DNA from: the human T2T-CHM13v2.0 reference genome, Homo sapiens
NCBI RefSeq assembly: GCF_009914755.1
Contig: NC_060944.1
Direction: 5' to 3' (one strand)
Length of the DNA: 64,000 bases
The position numbers were made by a program, and so were the translations under genes. The notes below the pieces were generated by a model, which was given only the letters and a program-made list of their open reading frames with translations, was not told the origin of the DNA and did not search any database. Shown here piece after piece: positions 1-13,722 of the stretch (position 1 is its first letter; each line of letters opens with the position of its first letter).

Positions 1-382
1 AAATTTGTGCTTGTTGGATCAGTGATCAAAGAATTACCATTATAATATATATTACTCCTGTAGCAATTATCTTTTGTGCCTCCCTAGGGAAGTGCTTTCT
101 CTTATTCCAATCTGCATTTCATCCATGCTTACACTTGATAAGAACTTAATACATGATTGTTTACCGCCAACCAAGAACCATTTACTGCATCGACCATTTA
201 TTGAGCTTCTTCAATATACCATGTATTCTACTTATTTCTAGCATAGGCACTGAGATGTCAAAATAACTAAGTTCATTTTGTGCCCTTGAATTTCCAAATC
301 TAGCTCATTTCTGACCCAGGAATCTGTTGAAATTTTAAGAGATAACTCTCCTAACATGAAGGGAATCTCAAGAAGGAGGAGG

Positions 383-673
383 GGACGGGCGCGGTGGCTC
401 AGGCTTGTAATCCCAGCACTTTGGGAGGCCGAGGCGGGCGGATCACGAGGTCAGGAGATCTTGACCACGGTGAAACCCCGTCTCTACTAAAAATACAAAA
501 AATTAGCTGGGCGTGGTGGCGGGTGCCTGTAGTCCCAGCTACTCGGGAGAGGCTGAGGAAGGAGAATGGCGTGAACCCGGGAGGCGGAGCTTGCAGTGAG
601 CCGAGTTCGCGCCTCTGCACTCCAGCCTGGGTGACAGAGCGAGACTCCGTCAAGAAAAAAAAAGAAAGAAAGA
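383..673 (+). mobile_element. AluY-type SINE with a short internal deletion
   Basis: Alu dimer with AluY diagnostics (GAATGGCGTGAACCCGGG, GGAGCTTGCAG), A-rich tail and TSD AAGAAGGAGGAGG. Confidence 0.95.
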
Positions 674-1339
674 AAGAAGGAGGAGGAGGAGGAGGAAGAG
701 GAGAACTCGTTGAGTTTTATCTTACACTTACGCAAAAATTATGATATGTTAGTGGCTCATGATAAGACACCACAGCCCATGTCACTGGAACTGTGAAAAT
801 CATGGTGACCACACAACAGCACAGCTACATTATGTTCAGTGAAAGATAACTCTGTAGTGATTTAATATCCAGGTTGAAAAAGAAAGGCTATTTTCCCGAA
901 ACATTTTACAGAGGCATTCTTCAAAAGTGACTCATTCTTAGTTGGAACTCTTCGGCATGTTTGGGCATCATTTATCAAGTGTGTTTACAACGAAGGTTTC
1001 TCTCCAAACTCAGGGTGTGTGAAAACAGCCCTTCACACAATACAAATAATTCTAACCACCAAGACAAGTGGATAGAGACTCTGGACACAGCTATGCGTTG
1101 AAGCAGAGCGAACATGAAGGGGGCTCCCAAGAAGGCTGTGGAGAGGATCTTGTTCACTGCATCTACTTCCTCACTGCTGCTGGAAGTTCCACCACTACAG
1201 CACAGTTAGTTCAGCTTTCTATTTTCATTCTAATTAAAATAAAAAATGTGAAGCCTACTATTGAGACAATTCTTCACGAGCTTCTTGCATTTCTTCATGT
1301 CTTGTGAGCAGAAGCACTGGCTGCTTTTGTTACAGATGA

Positions 1340-1770
1340 TCCTTTCAAAGATTTTGTGTAGCAAACAGTCTTGGAGGACGTAGAGATGATAGTTCCTTCT
1401 GGAGAAAACTTCAGGTCTGTTTTATCACCAAAATAATTAAGATAATGTCTCCCATTGGCACAAAGCATAGGCATTGCCTATTATAAAAGATCTGTGTTCC
1501 CTAAACTTGAAATTTCTTTCTTGTAATGCAATCCACACCCATTGTGTGGTTGCATGTGCAGGTATGACCTAGCCCTCTTTGTTACTCTGCAGGTATTAGA
1601 GCTCAGAGAACCAGCACAAATATTGATACTTTGGCTACTACCATTGCCATGAATAATAAACCAGCCTTTGTCTCTGACCCAGAAGTCTTGTGTCTTCAAC
1701 AGCAACCTTAAGACTATAGCAAGCTAACTTGTTAGCAGGCAAATAGGAAAAATGTTTCTTTCCAGTCCTT
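1340..1770 (+). mobile_element. Old ERVL-class LTR fragment (subfamily uncertain)
   Basis: LTR-like 3' part AATAATAAACCAGCCTTTGTCTCTGACCCAGAAGTCTTGTGTCTTC; boundaries approximate. Confidence 0.4.
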
Positions 1771-2276
1771 GATACCTGCCACACCATCATTTTCCCTTTA
1801 TCAGCTAGAAGTTGGCTTACAAGGGCTTCCCCATTTAGCCCTTTAGAACCTCCTTAAACTTATAAGTAAGATAATAAGCTTGCTATGTGAATACATATTT
1901 CAGGACAAGTCACCTTAAGCCCTCTTTAAAGCCAATTGTTTCTCTTAAATCTCTCCTATATAGAAATTCATAGAGCCACCACTGTACATAACTCAGCTAC
2001 CTGAAACTGGGGTAGGTTCAAGAGTACTGAAGACCTAGGCATCAACAAAGAAGGAACAGAGAAAGAAAGATGACAGAGATTAATCCTAACTTCTTGCCAA
2101 TTTTTTCAAGTCAACTCTGCCAAATATTATTAATTAATTCAGAATTGAGAGGTTATAAGATTCAGGGTATGAATGCATCTTTGGTAAAAGTAAATGAAAA
2201 CTTTAAATCTTTGTTCCTGATTTTTGTTTATTTCAGATCAATCTAATTATCATACTTAAATATTCTACTGGAATGC

Positions 2277-2460
2277 CAGAGATTAGCAAACTTGTAGTTT
2301 GTTATCTGAACAAATCTAGCCCACTGCATGCTTTTTAAATACACTTTTATCAGAATAGAGCTGTACCATTTGTTTATGTGCTGTCTATCACTGCTTTAAT
2401 GCTACAATGGCAGAAGTAAGTAGTTGCATTAGAGATCAGATGGCCCACAGATGACCACAC
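2277..2460 (+). mobile_element. MER58-like hAT-Charlie MITE fragment
   Basis: CAGAGATTAGCAAACTT start and GCTACAATGGCAGAAGTAAGTAGTTGC...TGGCCCACA body resemble MER58. Confidence 0.6.
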
Positions 2461-2469
2461 TGATTTCTG

Positions 2470-2840
2470 TGGTATTTCTCAAAGCACCAAAGCCCACTCA
2501 CACTTGAGGCTTTTGTATTCGCTGTTTCTTCCACATAGAATATCATATAATAAATCACCTAACAGTTTAGACACCACTAACATGCTATTTCTTTAGAGAT
2601 ACCTCTCCTCACTAGACCATCTAAAAGAGAACCATCCCCTTCCCTCTTTAGCCCCTAACATATCCTTATTTACCTTTGTATCACTGATCAGTCCCCCTAT
2701 TTATTGTCTGTAGGCTCACTAGAATGTAGGCTCTGAAAGATTTTGGGATGGTATATTGACTGTTATGTTCCCCAATGCCCAGAACAAAACATGAAACTTT
2801 GTAGATACTCAAATAGTCAAGTGAGTGAATGAATGGATAT
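2470..2840. mobile_element. L2 3' fragment
   Basis: Typical L2 3'-end motifs (CTAGAATGTAGGCTC...GATACTCAAATA...GAATGAATG). Confidence 0.6.
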
Positions 2841-3447
2841 TTTGCTTAGAGCTGCATCCCTAATACCTAAAAAGGTGCATGGCACAAAATAAAAGCTCCT
2901 TAAGTATTAGGGAAGGAAGAAATAAGGAAAGGAGGAAGAGATAAAGGGAAGGAAAGAAGAAAGAAGGAAGAGGGAGAGCAAAGAAGGGAAGGAGAGGAAA
3001 CCTTACCAAGTCCAGGTTTTAGTGAAAAAGAATGAAACAGCATAAAGACAAAATGAAGTAAGAGGAAGATGACAGCACCAGGAGAGAAATCCATGGCACA
3101 GAGCAGGGGAGAAGCAATAGACATCAAAGACCAATGCCATAATTTGTTCAGGTTTCCACATCTCTAGGTAATTTTAGCCATCCCACCTCACACAGCTGCC
3201 CTTCCACAAGTCAGTGAATGAACAACATCCATGCAAGGACCTCCAAAGACCTAATGCCCCACGAGCTTCCTTAGGAACAAAACACAGGATCGAGAGAACA
3301 AGGAGTGACAGCTCTAGGCATTTTACATAAGTAACAATTCGTACCCAGAAACTATCATGCCCAAATCCAGATCTGAAGTGAAGGAAAGGCATCTGGTTTC
3401 CCAGCAGGGAATATCATAGCAGAACATTTAAAAGTACGGACACAAGG

Positions 3448-4200
<753 letters not shown>

Positions 4201-6468
4201 TGTAGATCAGTGAATCAGTACATCAGTGAATAAATGGATCCAAATAAAGCAAGTATTGGTAAATTATGAGGAAGGGTCCTGAGAGGGAAGATGGGTCTCT
4301 ACTAATGAGCCCAAAACATTCGTGGCCCTCAAACACAGTTATGCCCTCTTGAAAGTATTCACCAGGGCACTTTAGCTTAATTTTCTCTTCAACTCCTTTA
4401 TTAAGACACAATAAAACATGTAACCTAGATATTAAAGCCGTACTAAAATGCCTTCAATCAACTGATCCTGTGCACTTTTTCCCTTACAGGTTCACAGACC
4501 TCAGTGCACGACATTAAGGGGGAAAAGGCTAACAGAGGAAGGTCCAACCCAGCCAATGTTCACCAGTAAAAGGTGATTTATTAGGAGAAAAATAGAACAG
4601 CCTGCCTCCAATTGACAGCCCTTGCAACCAGATCCGCAATTAAAGCTGAACTGTGCAATCTTTGCATTTAAAGGAAAATCAATGGCATCGATTGAATCAA
4701 GTAAGAACAACCACATATGAACGCATTACAGATATGACTGCTGCAGAATACTATTTTGAAATAAAACATAAAAATCAGGTGTCTTGTGACCAAACATGAT
4801 AACTGGGCTACCCAATGGGGAAGCCAAAATGTTTTAATTTAATCAAGGAATGGGGTTGGGGGCAACTACTTTGAATGAGGTTTTTGCTGGTGATTCTTGC
4901 TCTGCAACCCTCTCAACTGCCAGTAATTTGCTGGCAGGTTTTATTTAACAGTGAGAATTTGAATGGATTTTGTACCCTCTTTCCTGGGGTTGCACACAGC
5001 AGTCAATTAAATTAGTACCAAAACCTTAAAAGACACCAAGGTAATCAGTTTAGGAGGATTTAGACCACATGGGTTTCAGATCTGGTTTTGCAAGGTAATC
5101 CTAAGTCTCTAGTCAGCTGGGTTTGAGAATTACACCTTTCTTCATTGGGAGGAAATTTAATAGTAACCATAAGGCTGCCAGAACTGTGGAATTATCTTTC
5201 AATTTTAGTAGCATCAGTCCAGGCCAGCAATGAATTTTAGTTTTAATAGCTTTCTCAGTCTCAGGGTGGTTGATGCTGAATAATTAAAGTGGCATCTGAC
5301 TCCCCAACACCAGTGTACACTAAGATATTTAAACATGTGAGTTGCCATAAATTATGCAAAAATACCTCAAAAACAAAACCATTAATGCCAATTTGAAAAT
5401 GTTGCATAAAGATTGATCCAAATAATTTGGCTTTTTCAAGAATAGTTCAGCTTTGGAAAACTCATCTAAGCCAGACACCAAAAGCTGCTTGGAAAATATT
5501 TATTCTTAAGTCAAGCTTTTCCTGGTAATCTTGTATTTAAGAGAGAACCCTGGGGGAGCCCCAGAAAAGAAATTATTTTCCATGTGAGGCTTTGAGATGG
5601 AATTTCATGTTTATCTTATTTATATGTAGGTGTGGGTCTTTTATGTTGCTTATGCCCCAATAAAATAACCTGGTGATATTTTCATCCCATTATGAGAGTT
5701 TCTGTTAAATCTGATGCAAGGAAAAGAGAGAAGCCTCAAAAAAAAAGAAAAAGAATTGAAGAAAAGCAGCAGCCACTTTTCATATCTCTAAATGAAAGTG
5801 AAGTGAGATGAAAACCATAATGTGGCAAATAAATCCCAGGATCCTGGTGAATTTATCACAACAGTTGAACAGCTAAGCTACAAATAAAAACTAAACTAAC
5901 TATGGAGAAATAAGACTTAAATCCAAGAGCTAAAGTTTAGCTTTGTTTTTGTTGCTTTTAAAAAAAAATACCTAAATTCATTCACATATTCAGCAAATAT
6001 TTGGGAGCACCTATTAGGTGTCAGGTACTATTCTAAAGGCTGAGGATACAGCAGTGAAGAAAGCAGACAAAAATCCCTGCCATCCTGAAGCTTACGCTCT
6101 GCAGGGAAAGATTATATGCAAGCGACAAGTTTGTTGGCATTTAGATAAGCCACAAGACTGCAGCTAGCCTAGATAGCATCTTTGAATTATGTAAAGGTAC
6201 CCCTCCGGCACCTGGGTGCATCAATTAGAAAAAGGCGTTTCTCTCTTCCTGCCCCTCACTAGGAGTGAACCAAGGGCAGAGCATGGGCTAAGCTTCAGGC
6301 TCCCTCAGATTCCCTCCTCTGTAGACAGCACAGCCAGGACAATCGTATCTGACATCACAGAAGTTACAGGTGGTCAGAAAAGGCCTCATGGATCCGGTCT
6401 GACATGGGTGAGGAAGCAAGTCATTGTAATATCTGAGGGAAGTGTGTTACAGGCAGAAGGAATATGAA

Positions 6469-6616
6469 CCCATTTATGCCTGAGGTTGCAATTTTTTGAA
6501 TTTTTGCAATCAGACTTGGTGATTTTGCAATCAGACAAGACTCTACTTGAGCAGTAGAATATAAATAACTCCCACATGCTTAGCATTCCAGTAATGGAAC
6601 ACTAGGCATAAATGGG
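6469..6616 (+). mobile_element. MER85 piggyBac (PGBD3-family) MITE
   Basis: 13-bp TIRs CCCATTTATGCCT / AGGCATAAATGGG; internal TTGAGCAGTAG..ATAAATAACTCCCACATGCTTAGC..TTCCA..AATGGAAC matches MER85; degenerate TTAA flanks. Confidence 0.9.
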
Positions 6617-7220
6617 ATTTATTAAGAGCAAAAATCTTAAGGCAGGAAGGAGCATGTCCTGTGTTGATGGACAGCAAAGGAGCAGAAAGGCTGGGTTGGA
6701 GGGCCATCTTTTCTTCATCTCTTAATTTTAAATAAGACACAGATACTTTACTTTTAGTAGGTATGATACCTAACTGGATGTTGCAGACCTGCTTTGAGGA
6801 GAGACCTAGTTCTTTAATAATCAGATCTTGAATAAGAGTCTTTAAAATAACTCTTGTATAGTCATGTTTCTACGTGACAGACTGGGGATCCTGATATGAC
6901 CTTGAATATTCATTCAACAAACACATTTTGAGTATTTACTATGGACAAAGCCCTAACTAGGCAAAGAGTGAAAAGTATCAGCATGAGCACTGCCTTTATG
7001 AAGCTTACAGTCCACATTGTGGGGGAAAACATAAACAAGCAAAAAAATTAAATTACAAACATTATTAAAAGCTATAGGAAAAATAGCATGTGTGGATGAC
7101 AGAAAGATGTGGGGGCATGGAGGGAGTTACCTACTTTAGATAGGAGAGGTCATACTGATTTTTGAAGTATTCAAAGGCATCCACCTTGAGAAGATGGGGA
7201 AAGGCTGTTCCAGGTATAGG

Positions 7221-7618
7221 GTCTTAGTCTGTTTTCTGTTGCTATAACACACTACCCAAGACTGGATAATTTATAAAGAAAAAAGTTTGTTTAGCTCACA
7301 GTTCTGGAGGCTGGGAAGTCCAAAATCAGGCAGCCACATCTGGTGAGGGCCTCGTGCTTCTAGATAGCATGGCAGAAAAGCAGAAGGGCAAGTCAGCATA
7401 TGTGAAAGAGGTGGCAAAAGCAAGCCAAACTCACTTTTGTAACAACTCGCACTCAAGAAAACTCACTCATTCCCACAATAAGGGCATTAATTCATTCATG
7501 AAGGTTCTACCTTCATGACCCAATCACCTCCTAAAGGTCTCACTTCTTAATACGGTTACATTGGCAATTACATTTTCAACACATCAACTTTTGGGGAACA
7601 CGTTCAAATCATATCACA
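7221..7618 (-). mobile_element. MaLR solo LTR (MSTD/MLT1A-like), inserted into an L2
   Basis: GTCTTAGTCTGTTTTCTGTTGCTATAACA...ATCATATCACA is the reverse complement of MaLR LTR termini. Confidence 0.8.
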
Positions 7619-7886
7619 TAAGGAGGAGCAAAAGGGCTTAACAAGGAAAAATTGAGTCTGTTAAAGGAGCAAAAGTAAGTCCAGTGTGGCCAGAGGAATG
7701 CATGAAAAGGAGAGCTATAGGAAGGCTCTGCAGGAGCCAGGGCCTGGTGAGTCTAGCAGCTCATGAGAGAGAGTTTGCATTGCTTTGCTATGTGCAGTGG
7801 GACAGTGGGAAGCCACAGGAGGGTACTAAGCAAAGGTGTGGGGCAATCTCATCTTCTCATGATGCTACCCTTGACCCACTGTAGGA

Positions 7887-8361
7887 CAGAGGTTCCCAAG
7901 CTTTTTCCATCTCCTTAGGTGTCAGTAATTTTGTCACAGAGCCCATAGGCCAAAAGAAATACCTAATAGTTCCATTTACTAAGTAACTAGGTCCAAACAA
8001 ATTATTAAGTTTTTATGTTCTAAAAATCTTAACCATTTGAAAAAAAAATCACATAAACTGATTCTTTTTTTAAATAGAGACAAAGTCTTACTTGTTGCCC
8101 AGACTGGTCTGGAACTCCTGAGCTCAAGCAAACCTCCTGCCTCAGCTTCCCAAAGGCTGAGATTACAGGCATGAGCCACCACATTTGGTCATAAACTGAA
8201 ATTTTTAAATAATAATTCTATTCTTGAATAACCACAATTGATTGCTAATGGGCTATATGTGCCTATTAATTTACATGGTGCCAACATTTAAAACATGGCC
8301 CCACTCCTGAGAGTTCACCGCAGGAGCCCTGAGCACCATAGTGCAGAGTTTGGGAACCGTG
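7887..8361 (+). mobile_element. hAT-Charlie (Charlie4a-like) DNA transposon remnant interrupted by an Alu monomer
   Basis: Inverted termini CAGAGGTTCCCAAGCT / AGTTTGGGAACCGTG. Confidence 0.65.
8062..8189 (-). mobile_element. FLAM (Alu left monomer)
   Basis: Monomeric Alu; TSD CATAAACTGA at 8052-8061 and 8190-8199. Confidence 0.85.
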
Positions 8362-10217
8362 CCATAGAATCTATTGTCATTACAGATACACAGGACCTCA
8401 GAGAAGTCAATGAAGTCAATTGACTTCATAAAATATGAAGTTTTTAAGATCCTTCTAAGGGAAAGAACCTGAGCACAGTTCTTCAGGTTTTAACGTAGTA
8501 AATTATAACCAAAATTTGCCTTGAATCTCCCTGCCTTTCAACTAATATGTTAAAATGTAAATTGATTCCCTTAAATGTCCCACTGACATTTAATTCCAGA
8601 AGAAAATGACAGAGAATGACTATAAATAGTTCAGGCACCCCATATGCTCCTGTGCATGGACTGGATTGGCCATTTATTGATCCACTGTTTTGGGTTCTGT
8701 TAGTGTGGCCCCAGTTTCCCTGCTGGTGGGAAAATATAATAGTGTCAGTGATCAAGATTTTCAGTGCCCCATTTTAGACTTGCTTGATCTACCTTCTTTT
8801 TAAGCTCAGAAAAATAGTACTCTGTCATGTTAAATCAGTTACATTGATTTTGACTAGTGAGCCTTCACTGGTAGTAACTGACAGTACAAAAATGTCCAGG
8901 CAAATGTTATGCAAATCTCAGTCAAGTACCCTCTTCCAAAATAAATGGATAACTATATAAATTGTATAAGTCATTCTAAGTATGAAGTTTTACATGCAAA
9001 ATGACTCAAAAAACTTCAGGTGGAGAGAAATCATAAGAACCACTGTCTTTATGGTATTAATGGCCAAACACAGACTCTTCATTGCCCCTGAAAACCGGCA
9101 TCTGTTTACAATGATTTTGAAATCCCAATGTTATGGAGGCATAAATGCTGGAGCTGAGAGTTAAACTAAGGTCTCTCTTTCTGTCTAGAGCCCTCATTCT
9201 CAACTACTCTACCAATACTCCTTCTCCTAGTTGTTTGTGAATATACTGGTTCCTGAAAAGATAGATTTGGATGAAAACATTACACTCTATGGATGAGGGC
9301 AGAGGCAGGCACCAGTGCTGACTTCTCTTTAGTGCTAGGCTCTTGACTATGGATTTCTGTCCCATACAACTGGGTCTGACTTGAATTCCCTACTCGGCCA
9401 TGAATTCAAGAACGGAAAACATTACAGACCCTCAGTACCCAATGACCAAGCTAGTGGAGCTAAGCTCTCCTGTCCTGGTATGATCCATGCCTTTCTTACA
9501 TGGCTTCCAGAGGATTCCATAACCTCTATTCTAGGCTGAAAAATGGCAAGTACACTGGACTAGAAATAAAATCTGGATCCTAGTCTTGGTTCTGGAGCTT
9601 CCTAGCTGGGCAACTGAGACAAGAGGCTTGACCTGACCACAGCACCCTCACCTGTAAAAAGACTGATGATTTCTTCCATGGCTACCATACAGCATTGATG
9701 AAAGGCTTTAAGAAGGCATGTCATGGGGAAGTACACTGCTACACTGTAGAGTCTCAAGCAAGTACAAAATATTATTGGGGTTGTCCTTGGTGTTATTCCT
9801 GTAAGAGGCAGTATGAAACAAGTTGTAAAGCACCAGCTGTGTTCTGCCCTGGATTCAAATTCTTATTCCACTACTTCCTATCTGTCTGGCTTTGAGAAAG
9901 GTACTGCTTGAAATTTTAGCTTCCTTACATGTAAAACAGGGACAATATTACCTACTTCTCACAGTTACGATGAGAATTGAGATACAATGGGATTTTGCTC
10001 ACAGCAAGTGCTCAATAATTTGCCTAGAATAATATTATCACTCTATGTCTAAGCTTCCTCGTCCCACTAACACTTAGTTTCCTCATTTATCTGATGGGAA
10101 TCATGAACAGCATGGAGGAATCATTTTGTGTTGGGCTTAAGTTCTAATCTAAATTCATTAGGTGAAAGCCAAATATGAACATAGTTATCCTTGAAAACTG
10201 CTTTATGTACCTATAAA

Positions 10218-10348
10218 TGGTGACCATATGTCCCAATCTGACTGGCACAGTCCAACTCCATGTCTTTCATCCATGCACAGTTATTGAAAGTATCCTCTTA
10301 CTGTCAAAAGTGCCTCAGTTTGGATGAGAAACCATGTGGTCACCCACC
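10218..10348. mobile_element. MER94-like hAT-Blackjack MITE
   Basis: Inverted termini GGTGACCATATG / TGTGGTCACC about 130 bp apart. Confidence 0.6.
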
Positions 10349-12107
10349 TATGAAGAACCTCTCCCATCAAGTCCAGTGTAGATTTTCCCTCCCGTGCTGC
10401 AACAAGTTGCTGCTTCTTTGGTTGATTCCCAACTAAAGTAGCAGTTTACAAATAGAAACCATGCTGTATGGAATGTATAAATATTTAAGTCCTAAAATGA
10501 TGCATAAAATGCTTGAAGATGATTAAATGCACTGAAAGATAAGCTTCCATTGCATGCTCATTCGAGATACAAATGCAGTAATTAGAATCGCTGGCAGTAT
10601 CAGCTGCACAATTTAAATTTCTTTTTTCTCTCTTCTCCCCACCCCCACCCTTCTCCTCTTTCTCCTCTCTTCCCCACTCACCCCATACAGTGCTCACAGT
10701 TGAATACCAGAAAGTTAACCACGCATACAATGAGACCACACTGTACCTGTCTCCTAAGATTGTGAGATTATGCATGAAGAAGACTGTGTATAGTTTCTGG
10801 TGTGTAGTAAGCACTCTGGGATAATCTCTATTTCCATCATTATTATATATTCAAATTATTTTCTTGGCTTAACTAGGAATCAATTGCTCATCATAATTGG
10901 TACTTCTCTAGAGATACTGGTGTAGGTAATTTTTTTTCTAACAGGACTTCTTTCAGGTAAGGGCAAAGTAAAGACTGCATTCATAGTTGTGGCTACTCTC
11001 AGAAGACTTCAGATTTTAATTTACAAGGATGGGTTTGTGGTTATCTTGTTTTTGTTTTTCATTCCAGGCAAAATAAAAAACACCACCAAGGGCAAAGATA
11101 TGGAAGAATGAGAGTCTGTGCATTTCAGGTAAGGGCATGTGAAGCAGGGAGAAGGATGGCTGCAGACAGGACCAAAAAAGAGAGACTGGAGCCACTTTGA
11201 AAATAATGTGAGATGCCAGGCTATCTACTTGGAATTACAACTGATGGGCACTTGGGAAACATGTGAGGTTTTTCTAGTAATGGAGTGACATAATTACAAT
11301 GTTTGATAAATAAAGCAGCAGTAGAAGCTTAGAAGATGGAACTAGGAGATAAGATTAGAAGAAGGAAGCCTGGTGAGGTGCCTGCTGCCATCAACTGAGG
11401 GAAAGATGACGACTGCCCAAACCATATAGGAAGGGAGAGATGAATTCATGCATTTCTCTGTGCAAATAATGTTTGCTGGGGCTTCCATCCCTCCACCCTC
11501 ACTTTGACCTACTTTACCATCTATTCTTGTATTGGAGGAAGAGATGACCAAATTTGATCAAAAGTGAATAGTGGAAAATCCTAAGCATCTTTTCTCTTAT
11601 TATATGTATCAATGTGATAGTAATAGTTACCATGCATGGCAAACTCTATGTGCCAAGTGCTATTATAAGTACTTTATTTTTTAACTTAATCTTTATGACC
11701 CTATATATGTACTATTATCATTCCTGTTTTGCAGATGAGAAAACTGAAGCATGAGAGAGTAAGCAGCTGGCCAAGATTACATAGTGAGTAAGGAGAGCTG
11801 GATTCAACTGTAGCTCCAGAACCTGTTCTCTTAACCACACTGTACCACCCCTTGATGCAAAGGGTACATTCTGGACAGTTTATTGTTGAGTGATATGCAT
11901 GCTGTGCATCTTTAAGGGAGAAAAATGCTATTCTATTTTTAAGACAATATTCTTTTTAAGAGTATAAGTAGTCTATATAATTTATCTTTAGGGAATTATT
12001 TCTAGTGAATTGATTAAAACATGGCTTGTATTCTGCCCGAGATTGGTTTAATTATATCAGCACAGCTGCAAGGAGCAAAGATGAGAGATGGCCTATGATG
12101 CTTTGTT

Positions 12108-12147
<40 letters not shown>

Positions 12148-13722
12148 GGGAATGATCTGTCCAGGTACTCTGATTTTGAAGACAGCTCTCCCTGGAAATC
12201 CTCTGGACAAGAGAACTCATATTTTCACACCCTATAACCTTTCCATTGCAAAAGGTAAACTTTCCCTCCCAATATCAGCTCTTCCCCACACCCTTTCTTC
12301 TCCATGCCCTTGAAACTAGCAGCTCCAGAATTTCACAGTCAGCCCAGCCTTCGTGCTGGTTTCAATGGCTGCTGCTCTTCTTAAAACCTATAATATTGGC
12401 ATGCCACAATGGACTCAATAAACAAGAACAGTCTGAAAGGAATAGATGAGACAGGGACTCAATATTTTCCCCTAGATGGTTCTAAAATACCCTCCACACC
12501 ACGTGTGTCTTTTTGTTCATAGATGTGTGTGTATGTGTGTGCCTAAATAGCCAAATCTCACCTGTCTCAGAACATTTATTTTTTCTATTATATCCTGCAA
12601 GTTGTAACACCAAGATGAAGAGGGAGATATAAAAGGAGCTGCTTTTTTGGAGCTGATATACTTTTGGCCAAAGCTTATAGATTCTTAGTCATGTATAAAT
12701 CTCATTCCAATGTAGGGCTTTCATGACTATAAACACTTTTCTGCCTTTCTTTTCATTCAAAATCTGAGTTTAACTCATTGAGTTTAACCACATTTTACTT
12801 TAATCTGTTCCCTACAAACTATAAGCTTCATTTATTCATTCAAGAAATATTTATTGATCCCCTATTATGTACTAGCCTGTATAGGATGCTGGGGACCATT
12901 AGGTGGGCAAAATAGAAGCTAATAGGAGATAATTGCCCTTCATGAGGCCTGTAGTCTTAGTGGCAGAGACAAATATAATAAAGGGGCATGCATTAATTGT
13001 TAAATAATTCAATTTGGGATATGTTCCACTCCAGTGGACTTCTGATTTTGCATCTCCAGCATTTATTTACTGTTACAAATAGCAGCCAGCACTTTCCTTT
13101 TCTTTTTCTTTCATTTTGTAAACTACCTCAGCCACTTATAGGTGGTATGGTTTGGGGCTCTTCCCAGGCTCTAAGGGTGCACAAATGTTCTAGACATCGC
13201 CACCAACCTCTGTGATTAGTTCCAAAATGAGCAGGTGACCGAGATCTATCCAGCGACAAGACTATCATGGGAACTATTGGTGCAGAAATGCTCTGCCAAA
13301 GGTCTCCCTGAAAACTGAGCCAAGATAAGAATGATGAATGGCCAAGAAGAAAGCAGGCTGGAAATATGTCCATCAGTGGAGTCTTCATGATGTGAATCCA
13401 GCTGGGCCTGAAGTTATCTAACTTTAGTCTTCTTGGTTACACCACTCAATATGTTTTTTTTCCCTTAAATCAATGTGATTGGATTTCTTTCCCTTGCCAT
13501 CAAAAACACCTTGACTAAACACAGCCACTAGGGGAAAGTGCAGGATGATGTGAGAGAATATGACGCAAGTCTTGGTTTTATTCATAATTGTTCTAAACTC
13601 TGAAGTATGAATAGCAGTGAGCAAGCTGAGAAAGAAGTAGACATGAAGTTAGGAACAATATCTGAGCCTGTTCATGGCTCTTTCCCCCGATGCCTTCCAC
13701 TCCAGAGTATGTGTTTAATAAC

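Noticed and set aside
394-744. Alu-derived ORFs (also at 16623-16950, 28558-28866, 36612-36972, 44311-44778)
   Set aside because: Standard Alu translations, not genes.
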